From: Basidiobolus meristosporus CBS 931.73
Taxonomy: Eukaryota; Fungi; Basidiobolomycota
DNA: 64,000 bases
Direction of reading: 5' to 3'
Assembly: GCA_002104905.1 (NCBI GenBank)
Contig: MCFE01000144.1
Span: forward strand, 91,027 to 155,026
The position numbers and the translations under genes are program-made. Of this stretch, positions 52,233 through 62,800 are shown one piece after another. How positions within the stretch are numbered: position 1 is the stretch's first letter; every line of letters starts with the position of its first letter. A model generated the notes under the pieces. The model was not told the origin of the DNA. It made no database searches and worked only from the letters and a program-made list of their open reading frames with translations.

Positions 52233-52850
52233 TGTAATATATAACCGACATCACTCCAGTTTCTGACAATTGATACTAGGAAAAAGTTACAAGAGAGACA
52301 TGACCACAAGGATGGGTGGAACAACGGCGAGTATCAACAGATATTAATGTAAGGGAAAGAGCCGATCAAGCACCAAATTTCTCAATTACAATAAGAATCA
52401 TTCGTCTGTAGTGCATATTAGTTATGTGCTGGTAATGGTAGTAAGCAATAGTTGGGCTTGGGTATTTCCTCACTCTGCTGATACCAATAAGTATGAGTCA
52501 AAAGTTCCAGATTATTGGATTTGACACGCTCCGAATTCTCCTTACATTATCATGTATTCTACCCTCTATAATAGCTGACTCAAGCTTGGAATGGCGATAA
52601 ACTCAAGGAGACCCGATTTTCATATTGACTAAACCCATATAAAACTTATTGAATAAGCTACCCGTTACCTTCCAGCAGTACTTCGAGACGTTTCTTACCC
52701 TTCTCCTGGATTAGTCGCTGGACTTTGGGTCATCAATTTGTCAAATACCCTTGTTTTCATGATGGTAACTACTATATTTCTGTTATCGCGTAAAAGGCGA
52801 AAATGAATAATGGAACTTTATTGCATTTGGGCTCAAGTGCAGTCGTTGGT

Positions 52851-53429
52851 TCATTGAGTGTCTCCCATGGGCTCGGTATACTGTGGGTCCTGATTAGCAC
52901 AGTTATCGCCACATTGAACATCTTCCATGGGCTCAGTGTACTGTGTATCTTGGTCAGAGCATCCTTCGATGCATTGGGTGTCCACTACTGGTGTGGAGTA
53001 TGTCTCATCTTGCGCAGGCTGAATCATAACAGTGGGGTAGTCAGAGCCATCATCTGAGTGCTCAGCACCCTTCTGTTTGGCGTACTCGGATGCGCTGGCT
53101 GAACCTTCTACTTCGAGGCTAGGGCCTGCTTGAAACTGAACATCGAGACTCTTGTCACTGTTGGCGTTGGCAGTGTTCAGATTGTCATGCTTTCTGGTCA
53201 CGGTGGTGAACACCTGACGCAACAATGGCGCTTGGACGTTTGGCGTTTCAACAGTGGGCTGAACCTGGACTTGCTGGTAGCAGTTGCTTGCTTGGTCCGA
53301 GCATGAATACCTGCGATAACGGACTCTTCTATGCTCACGGTTGCATGATTCGGAGCATGGGACTGGAGCAGCAACGGCGGCTTGAAGAGAGGCAAGGCCC
53401 AAGATCAATGATACAATGAATGCACGCAT
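52851..53429 (-). CDS. Orphan secreted protein family A, copy A2 (192 aa)
   Basis: ATG, signal peptide MRAFIVSLILGLASLQAAVA, cationic CSESCNREHRRVRYRRYSC, acidic C-terminal QD(T/P)QYTEPM repeats, 8 Cys; frame conserved in paralog A3. Confidence 0.85.
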   Translation of the reverse strand: MRAFIVSLILGLASLQAAVAAPVPCSESCNREHRRVRYRRYSCSDQASNCYQQVQVQPTVETPNVQAPLLRQVFTTVTRKHDNLNTANANSDKSLDVQFQAGPSLEVEGSASASEYAKQKGAEHSDDGSDYPTVMIQPAQDETYSTPVVDTQCIEGCSDQDTQYTEPMEDVQCGDNCANQDPQYTEPMGDTQ

Positions 53430-53773
53430 CTTTGAGAACTGCTGAGTTCATTGCCAAGTACACTCGGGAATATATAGCATGGGAATCATTATAACATGGT
53501 TACAACGTTGATGGTAGCAATAGTTAGTTAACTTGGATGAACTCACACTTTATCAGATTGAAAATTAGCATTCGCTCTGCCATCATCGGCTCAATCGCAA
53601 TGATATCGCGCACTTTATTTGGTTACAACACGACAAATACACTGATAAATACACCAATATATACCCTAATATATACACATATGCTTTTGATATTTCAGCA
53701 GTAGTGTGGTAATTCACGAAGCACGGCTGATGATGTTTCATATTAATATTAGGTGACCAAATGAAATGTTTAT

Positions 53774-54328
53774 TTAATCAATGTATCGATTCCCACTGAA
53801 ATATCTGATCTTGAAGTACTTATGTGCCGACCTCTTGTACTTCTTCTGGCCTCCACCATAGCTACGGGCGGCTGGCTGAGTGATAATGATCTGGGGCTGT
53901 TGCTGCTTAGGCTGATAGAGGATTTGGTCGATAACCTGCGCTTGGTCAAACTGATTAGAGTTCGACAGGGCATCAGCATCACTGGATGAGTGGGCGTTCA
54001 CTCTGTCCAACAAGGCCTGTCTTGGTTGCAGGTCGGCTATATTGAAGTTGGGCATCTCGTAGGATGACTCTGGCTGAGTTGTAGTGCCATCCATTGAATC
54101 TTCACCTTCGCCTTCATCTTCACCCCCATTCTCATCCATATAGTGATCACCCTCGTCCTGTTCCGGCTGATAGTCATCTGCAGGCGATTGAGTTTCTGGG
54201 TAGCAAGGACTTACCTGCTCCCCGCACAAATTGTCACCGTAGCTCACCTGAGAAGAGGTATCTTCTGTGGCAGGGAATGCATGGATAGAAGCAAAGTACA
54301 AAGCGAACAAAGCGAGAGTAAGCTGCAT
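53774..54328 (-). CDS. Orphan secreted protein family B (184 aa)
   Basis: Signal peptide MQLTLALFALYFASIHA, acidic middle, ALSNSNQFDQAQVIDQILYQP motif, basic/aromatic tail KKYKRSAHKYFKIRYFSGNRYID. Confidence 0.85.
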   Translation of the reverse strand: MQLTLALFALYFASIHAFPATEDTSSQVSYGDNLCGEQVSPCYPETQSPADDYQPEQDEGDHYMDENGGEDEGEGEDSMDGTTTQPESSYEMPNFNIADLQPRQALLDRVNAHSSSDADALSNSNQFDQAQVIDQILYQPKQQQPQIIITQPAARSYGGGQKKYKRSAHKYFKIRYFSGNRYID

Positions 54329-54545
54329 TTTGATGAATATCGTAAAACCAGTCGTAAGCTCACTTTAAAGTGGCATTTGGCATAGTCTACTATACTACAC
54401 CCTGTATCTGACTCACTTGAGGCCAGGAATTCACATGCTATGTCCTGCTTTTGTTGCCCATCAACTAACTACCTGGTTTAGCTATTAGCAATCAAGTTAG
54501 ATTGGCGTTAAGAGCAAATGATATGGATAATCGAGATTTATTGAA

Positions 54546-54870
54546 TTAAGTGCAGTTGTCGGTACGTTGAGTGTCGTCCATAAAGTCAGCATACAGTAAG
54601 TCCTGATTAGCACAGTCATTGCCAAACTGAGCAACTTCCATGGGCTCAGTGTACTGTATATCCTGATCAACGCATCCTTCAACGTACAATCGTACTTAGA
54701 TATTCGAAGTCTCTACAATTGGCAGAACTCGGGCTTGCTGGTGGCAGTTACTTGCTCGATCGGAGCATGACGAACTACGATAATGCACTCTTTCATGCTT
54801 GCGATTGCATGATTCGGAGCGTGGAATTGGAGCAGCAACGATGGCCAAAAGAAAAAGTAGCTACATCATT
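54546..54870 (-). pseudogene. Diverged family A relic with internal deletion and stops
   Basis: Translates AIVAAPIPRSESCNRKHERVHYRSSSCSDRASNC...*...GCVDQDIQYTEPMEV..DTQRTDNCT*. Confidence 0.8.
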
Positions 54871-55609
54871 GAAGATTTGGAAAGCCACATGTTGATAGTC
54901 GTAGTGATAGGTACACATTAATACCCTGAGCAATCACTATCCCTATGAATCTACGATCTCAAATCAACGCAACTCTAGGTTCATCTGCTGCAATAGAGAT
55001 CGCTTGGATAGAGGTGATGTATGAAGCCAGCAAAGTGATGGCGAGTTACATTTTTGCTAAGCTGACTTGAGGTGGTCGATGCAATGCATAATGCTAAATC
55101 GTAAATTTAGTTCAGTATACTATCGACTGATGGCCGGTGAAGATGTTAATTCGTTCATAATCCCAACATACTCATAAAAATAGCTGCAGGGTACTATATA
55201 ATCAGAGTAGCTTAATGGCCTTCGACGATGAAATCGAGAACTACGCAAGAACGACGCGATTCCTGTGTGCTCACTTCAAGCTATAGCTTGAAAAGGCGTA
55301 GTATGAGTCATTTTAGTTTGTCCCTTCACTACCGCGTTTGTCATTCCAAAGTGGTATAGCAAGCTCAAAATTGAAGACGAATGTTTATTTATTTTTCTTG
55401 ATGTACTGAAGTGATTGGTCGCCGGGATTACGGTGTTAATCAACACCTATTCACTGATCATTGCAATGAAAGTGAAATGCTGATTAACTTTACTCACCTT
55501 TGCTTCATAATTTAGTAAACGGGGTTTGGTTGCTGATGATCGCTGATGAATCTAGCAAACCATACATAAATGCAACTGTTTGCCTTCCAGTGTGTCATCA
55601 AGAGCCAAC

Positions 55610-56032
55610 ATGCAACGCACTTTCCGCATTCTATCCGCCTTAGTATTCCTATTCGGTGCATCTTATGCATCGCCCATTGCAACATATGACAACCAGCAAG
55701 TAGACCAGGGTGTCCCAGTGGACTTCGACAATGAACCATTAGTGTCATATACACCAATATACTATCAACTAGAGTCCCCGAACGCCTATCCATTGTTGGA
55801 CAACGCTCAGACTAATTCTGCACAGAACGCTGAGGCACTTTCCAACCAGAATCAATTTGAGCAAGTGCAGCAAGTAGATCAGACATTGTACCAACCATCT
55901 GCACCGACATATGTACAATCAATTACTCCCGATGAGGATGATACTCAAGACTCGAGTGACGACGACGATCAGCCATCGTGCAAACGTTGTCAACGACGCT
56001 ACCGTAGAAGTAGATACAGCGGCCGCTTTTGA
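55610..56032 (+). CDS. Orphan secreted protein family C (140 aa from the ATG)
   Basis: Signal peptide MQRTFRILSALVFLFGASYA, ALSNQNQFEQVQQVDQTLYQP motif shared with B, acidic DEDD..DDDD, tail CKRCQRRYRRSRYSGRF. Confidence 0.85.
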   Translation: MQRTFRILSALVFLFGASYASPIATYDNQQVDQGVPVDFDNEPLVSYTPIYYQLESPNAYPLLDNAQTNSAQNAEALSNQNQFEQVQQVDQTLYQPSAPTYVQSITPDEDDTQDSSDDDDQPSCKRCQRRYRRSRYSGRF

Positions 56033-56482
56033 CTCAATCGGATCATGTAAACATTGGTTTGGCATTCATAATAAATCCTATCATATAATCGCTATTTCTG
56101 CATGCTATAAAACACGCACATTTCTTCTGCAAATAAGATTACACCAACTGATATCAGGAAAAACAGCGTAGATGTGACCACAGGGATGAGTGGAATGAGC
56201 ATCAACCGAAATAACCAAACATAGATATGGATACGCAGTGCCTTCCGGTCAGGCATATTCGACGTTAAAACCTTTATGCTCAGAACATCTAACAACTCCT
56301 CACATGACAGTGTGAATTATTTTGGTTGTGTCCCCTCTGAATTGCGAATAATAACGAATAAGTTACTAAAATGGAATAGTGGTGAGTAGTCGTGGATTGT
56401 TTGATGATTGGCCACATAGAATAGCTATTAACATAGGATTGATTTTACTCAAGTTAGTTCAATAATATAGTGAACTAAGCTT

Positions 56483-56600
56483 TGTATTCCTATTCAGTGT
56501 ATCCTATGCATCACCCATTGCTACATATGGCAACCAACAAGTAGGCCCCAGTGGACTTTGGTGGCAGCACTGTGACTGAACCATCGATGTCACACCAGTT
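56483..56600 (+). pseudogene. Family C fragment
   Basis: GTATTCCTATTCAGTGTATCCTATGCATCACCCATTGCTACATATGGCAACCAACAAGTAG aligns with the signal peptide/N-terminal coding region of gene C. Confidence 0.7.
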
Positions 56601-57152
56601 TCCCTATTCATGTAAGCTATCAAGTACACACAGTTCTTCTGTAAACAAGCTTTCAAATATGGACACTAGGAAAAAAAGATACATAAGAGATGTGCCCACA
56701 GGGATGGGTGGAACAAACGAGTATCAACAGAGATCGAAGTAAGGGAAAGAGCCGATCAAGCGCTAATTTTCTTAATTATAATTAGTGGTGCATATTATAT
56801 GTGCACTCAGGATACCATGTTTTCTGGTAATGGTAGTGAGCAATAGACTTTTTGAGATAGCGATACACTCTAGGATGCCCGATCTCCATATTGACTAAGC
56901 CCTCGTTGAGCATATTAAATAAGCCACTCACTACCTTCAAGCAGCACTTCAAGACGTTTCTTACCCTTCTCCTGAATTGGTGACTGGACTTCGGATCATC
57001 AGAATGAAGTGTGGAAATTGGCTTGGTTTTAGGTTTGTCAAGCGCTCTTTGCTCCCATGCTGTTAATGGCTATATTTCTGCTCACATATGAGGCGAAAAA
57101 TAAAATGAATAATGGAACTTTATTGCATTTGGCCTCAAGTGCAGTCGTCGGG

Positions 57153-57731
57153 TCATTGAGTGTCTTCCATGGGCTCAGTATACTGTGAGTCCTGATTAGC
57201 ACAGTCATCACCACATTGAACATCTACCATGGGCTCAGTGTACTGTGTATCTTGGTCAGAGCATCCTTCGATGCATTGGGTGTCCACTACTGGTGTGGAG
57301 TATGTCTCATCTTGCGCAGGCTGAACCATAACAATGGGGTAACCAGAGCCATCTTCGGAGTGTTCAGCACCCTTCTGTTTGGCGTACTCGGATGCGCTGG
57401 CTGAGCCTTCTACTTCGAGGCTAGGGCCTGCCTGAAACTGAGCATTGAGACTCTTGTCACTGTTGGCGTTGGCAGTGTTCAGATTGTCATGCTTTCTGGT
57501 CACTGTGGTGAACACCTGACGCAACAATGGCACTTGGACGTTTGGCGTTTCAACAGTGGGCTGAACCTGGACTTGCTGGTAGCAGTTGCTTGCTTGGTCT
57601 GAGCATGAATACCTGCGATAACGGACTCTTCTATGCTCACGGTTGCATGATTCGGAGCATGGGACTGGAGCAGCAACGGCGGCTTGAAGAGAGGCAAGGC
57701 CCAAGATCAATGATACAATGAATGCACGCAT
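57153..57731 (-). CDS. Orphan secreted protein family A, copy A3 (192 aa)
   Basis: About 20 substitutions versus A2 over 579 nt (counted by eye), no indels, intact frame. Confidence 0.85.
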   Translation of the reverse strand: MRAFIVSLILGLASLQAAVAAPVPCSESCNREHRRVRYRRYSCSDQASNCYQQVQVQPTVETPNVQVPLLRQVFTTVTRKHDNLNTANANSDKSLNAQFQAGPSLEVEGSASASEYAKQKGAEHSEDGSGYPIVMVQPAQDETYSTPVVDTQCIEGCSDQDTQYTEPMVDVQCGDDCANQDSQYTEPMEDTQ

Positions 57732-58075
57732 CTTTGAGAACTGCTGAGTTCATTGCCAAGTACACTCGGGAATATATAGCATGGGAACCATTATAACATG
57801 GTTACAACGTTGAAGGTAGCAATAGTTAGTTAACTTTGATGAACTCACACTTTATCAGATTGAAAATTAGCATTCGCTCTGTCATCATCGGCTCAATCGC
57901 AATGATATCGCGCACTTTATTTGGTTACAACACGACAAATACACTGATAAATACACCAATATATACCCTAATATATACACATATGCTTTTGATATTTCAG
58001 CAGTAGTGTGGTAATTCACAAATCACGGCTGAGGATGTTTCATATTAATATAGGGTGACCAAATGAAATGTTTAT

Positions 58076-58425
58076 TTATTCAATGTATCTGTTCTTGAAG
58101 TACTTATGCGCAGATCTCTTGTACTTCTGGCGTCCAACATGGCTACGGGCGGCTGGCTGGGTGATGATGATCTAGGGGCTGTTGCTGCTCAGGCTGATAG
58201 AGGGTTCGGTCAATAACCTGCGCTTGGTCAAACTGATTGGAGTTCGACAGGGCATCAGCATCACTGGATGAGTGAGCGTTCACTCTGTCCAACAAGGCCT
58301 GTCTTGGTTGCATATCGGCTATATTGCAGTTTGTCATGTTGTAGGATGACTCTGGCTGAGTTGAAGTGTCATCTATCGAGTCCTCACCTTCGCCTTCATC
58401 TTTGCCCTCATTCACATCCATATAG
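58076..58425 (-). pseudogene. Family B copy, 5'-truncated and frameshifted
   Basis: Matches 53774-54130; extra T in CAGCCCCTAGATC, small deletions in the tail, no signal peptide. Confidence 0.8.
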
Positions 58426-58899
58426 TTGTGATAATCTTATGATGAATACACATTGATACCCTTGGCTATCACTACTCCTGTGACTCTATAATTTCAAATC
58501 AACACAACCCCCGGTTAGTGTTCCGACTTGAAGATTTATCTGGTGCAATAGAGGTCAATTGGGTAGAGGCGATGTATGAAGCCTGTAAAGTGATGGAGAG
58601 TTGCATTTTTGCTAAACCTACCTAAGGTGGTCAATGCAATGCATCGTAAATCTGGCTCAGTATACTATCGACTGATGGCTGGTGAAGATATCCCAAAACA
58701 CTCACAAAGATTGCTAGTGGTATAGCAAGATCAGAATTGAAGAGGATTGTTTATTTATTTTTGTTGATGTCATAATAAATCCCATCACAAAATCGCTATC
58801 TCTTTAGGCCATCCAACACATACAAACAAGATCACACCAACTGATATCAGGAAGAAACAGCGTAGGACAAGCAATAAGAATACTTCTGTCAAAACCTTC

Positions 58900-59400
58900 A
58901 TGTTCACAGCACTTCATCCTATTCGGTGTGTATTTTGCAACACCCATAGCTACACATGACAACCAATAAGTAGACCATGAGACTGAACCATCGATGCCAG
59001 CTAGAGTCCCCATCCCTTGTTGGACAATGTTTAAACTAACTCCGCACAGAATGCTCAGGCACTTTCCAACCATCTACGTCGGCATATGTGCAATTATTTA
59101 CTCCCGACAAGGATGAAAACCAAGACTCGAATGAAGATGACGATCAGACATCATGTTACCGTCGACGCAGATACAGAGACAGCTAATGATATGAATAGGC
59201 TTAATACTATTGTGATCCCGCCACAATAAATAGGCTAATGGATCACGTATTCACTACTACTCCTATTCATGTAAGCAATTAGCAAGTAGAGCAGTCTCCG
59301 CACAATGCCATATATGCCGAAATACTGGAGTTCATTGTTTTACAGCCCTCAGGAACTTGACCAGATATTGTATCAGCTATCTGCGCCAGCTGACTTATCC
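58900..59400 (+). pseudogene. Family C relic(s)
   Basis: CCTATTCGGTG..GACAACCAATAAGTAGACC, CAGAATGCTCAGGCACTTTCCAAC and GATGACGATCAG..GTCGACGCAGATACAG align to gene C with stops and deletions; a second fragment at ~59290-59400. Confidence 0.7.
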
Positions 59401-59549
59401 ATTTTGACTACTCAGAAAGGTACTACTGGCTGATATTGCGGGTCCGCTTTATTCTGCTCTAGCCTTACCCTTATTCTTGTGCTGGCATGGATCATACTTC
59501 TGCTACTACATATTAAGCAAGTAATATATAATCAACGCAACTTGAATGG

Positions 59550-59830
59550 CTTTAAGTTCATTCCATAGACTCATTATAGTACTCATTTTGTTTAGCACGC
59601 TCATTGCCATATAAGGCATCTTTCATGGGCTCTGTGTACTGTGTATCTTGGTTAGAGCATCCATCAATATCATGGGTGTCTTTATCTGCTATGGAGTATG
59701 TCCTATATTGCGCAGGCTGATCCATGACAATGTGGAAATATTTGGCATACCTGGATGCACTGTCTTTACCTTCTTACTCAGGCCCGGGCCTGCCTGGAAC
59801 CCAATATCAGCTCTTCTGTCTATCCCCAAG
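59550..59830 (-). pseudogene. Family A relic
   Basis: Translates FQAGP..SASRYAK..IVMDQPAQ..GCSNQDTQYTEPMKD..NEYYNESME*; 5' part lost against the CpG-free transposon block. Confidence 0.75.
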
Positions 59831-62800
59831 AGTCAAAGCCTGGGATCTGTATCTTTAAGGCTCATTACTACCTACAATTGTCATATAAGACTCTTGTTTG
59901 TTACAAGCAACAATACTGCTCTCTATGCAGCTGAGATACATAGCCTCAAACTGTGGACTTCAGAGGCCTTCAACTTGAGGCTTCAATATTCCTATAGTCT
60001 GAAAGCACAAGCCTCAGTGACTAAAAAATCCCAATGAAGACTCTTTTATGCTGAAATCTAACTTCAGGCTCACATCCACTGAGGGCTGGGATGTGAGGCT
60101 TTTACTTGCAAAAGTAGTGATTGGAGGTGCCTGTCCAATGAGAGCCTTGTCTTGATGTCTGTATTTGCAAAAGCCCTTAATGTAGGATTCCACTCTTTAG
60201 GTGTCTCAACTTGAGGCACACATCTATCAAGTACTGCAGCTCACTTATTGCATTAGAAAAAGCCTTGACATTGGGCTTGTAATGGCCAAACCTGTATTTG
60301 TGGCTCTGTCAGACTAAAACCAAGGCCTGATGCTCTAAACATCTGAGACCTGAATTCAAGGCCTTGCAGAAACAAGCCTTGACTTGAAGTTCTTGGAGGT
60401 TGACAATCTAAAACCAAAGCTCTTTCCAGATAGATATCTAGACATGAGACTCACACAACCAACCACTCTGAGTTGCTACCCCTATATGTGAAGTACTCAT
60501 GGCATCTTGTTGCCTGCCTAAAAGACTTCAAGCCTTTCAATGGTGTAATAATTTGCAATATACTCAAAACAAATTTCTCCCTCAACCAAGCCCTTTGAGC
60601 AAATACCATCCCTAGTAGACATCCCAGTAGTTTTGCTGCAAGGAATAGTCACAAGTGGTACTGTGATGCTATTTTTTTTACCTGACAATGCATGAGAATT
60701 ACATATTCATTTGTGTGAGACAATGTGGCCATAAATTAAGCTCATAGAAGTGCTTATTGCAGCAATGGGGCTATGAGGCTATGAAGCACACATCAAGACC
60801 CCAACTTGAAAATAACAGTGATATAAGAAGCTGTAAAATATTTCAAAGTTGAGTGTACCAATATCAAGATACCATCAAAACTATGCCATGCCATTGTCTA
60901 GTGGTCAGTGTGCTCTTAGATTATCAGGACCCAAAAGCTAGGTGGGTTTTACATGGCCTGCACTGTATGCAATATTTAGGAGCCAGGCAAGTAAGTGAAT
61001 GTCAGTTTATCATTGATACCCTAAGGTAATACATTAGCAACATCATAAGCTCTCAGTTACTAAATGGCAAGGATGTTGAACCAAAAGGCATTAGACATCT
61101 CAAGAACATGTTGATAGTAAGCCTGGAGCCATGAGTTTAACACAGTAAAGCATCAGGTATTAGGAAGGGCACTACCCAAGCAGTAACTGCATTGTGGTAT
61201 TCATAAAGAAATGGGCAAAGAACCATATTCAGAATTAATGATACTGGCAGCAGTGAAGTATGAGAGTATAGTTAGCTAGGCCAAATTATCAAGGTTCTAG
61301 TTAATGCTCAGTGTATCCATACAAGTAGACATCCATCACAGGGGATTGTTATGGACCACTAAGAGGAGTGAATAAACAAATAATAGTCCAACCTTGAATA
61401 CATGAGCACCACTGCAAATAATCCCTGCTTATGTACTGTACAACTGAGTGATTGTGGCTTTATAGTGCCATACTGTATCATAGAGTGCAATATGCTCCCA
61501 GATTCAAGTATGCTTAAGTCTGTTCCAAGAGATTCTCTGTCATTGGGAGAAGGAAGTGAAAGTAGCTAGCACTCAAGACTTTGACAATTAAACTCCACTT
61601 GTGGATCTCAGGGATGTTTTAGGGCTAAGTTTGCAACCTACTTTGACCATGTAAAAAGTAATTTGGTCCTGCAGGTGGATCTAATCCATATCTGCCATCA
61701 GGATCCCATGTTGACACCATTGCAATACTAGCAGTTCAAACCTTGCGCTGCTCTCAATTGACTTATGATGGCATTGTAATAGTATTGCTGACTAGATTGT
61801 CTGATGTGGTAGAAAACTTGGCAGTGCTTTGCAGTGGTTACAGTCCTAATACCACAAACATGTGGCTTCTCAGTGTAATTACTTGTAAACTTACTGTATG
61901 CCTAGCATTACTGGTAAAATATAGTCTTTTACAAATTGTACAACTAGCTGCCATCTCTTGGTGAACAGTATCTGCTTAATATCTCAAAATACTCCCAGAC
62001 TCCTGGCTAATAGACTTCCTTTCCCTAGTCCATTCTGGTCCCCTGTATGAGTGTAATCCATTCCTTTTTGTGTAAATTGCTTTTCAAAAGGTGTTCAAGT
62101 TGGCTGGCATGCAAGAGTTACCTGACATACTATGATATGGTTGTCTTCAGAAGTAATACTTGGTTGTTGTGCCAAGCCAGGCCTTGCCTTATTTGACTTA
62201 CTACACATTTACTGAGGCTGTTGTGCTTCTCAATGCCAAAGGGATATTTGCTCACATCTTGTCCACTGTACTTGATGTTCCTCCATCAGTCAATCTTTGG
62301 ATTGCAATGTACTTGAATGTAGTATTTCTCATGGGACTTGAATGTGGCAGAACCTGCAATTTGTTCTTCTTCCTATCTCCTTACATATCCACACCTTAGG
62401 AGACTATAGGTGAACATACATCTATGTTCTCTGAGCATCTAGTAAAAAGTAGAGAAACCATACATCCAAGATCCATATCTGCATCTTTATGCTTGCAGCA
62501 AAACTTCCCAGCTCTTGTTGAAAGCTCCTTACATAAAATCAGTAGATGCATCAAACTGCCTTTAGTTGGCAGCTTCTGGGCACTTTCTCCTACACTGTCA
62601 ACATATGACACCCAATGCTTCCAGTGAGCTCAGAGTAAAGTAGCTTTAGATGGCCAGTGAGATAAATATGTATCTAGCTCCTCCAAAAGAGTCAAGTGCC
62701 TTGTGGGTAATAATGGACTTTACCATACACAGATCCATCATCACTGAAATATTCTGTAGCTAGTAATAAGTAGTAGATGTATTTACTGCTCTGACATTTA

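Noticed and set aside
54180-54217. GTAAGT...CAG inside gene B as an intron
   Set aside because: Only 37 nt and frame-breaking; the unspliced frame stays open and keeps the motif shared with family C.
51230-59830. Repeats in the secreted cluster as a CRISPR-like or satellite array
   Set aside because: The units are gene-sized duplications with irregular spacing, not short repeats with unique spacers.
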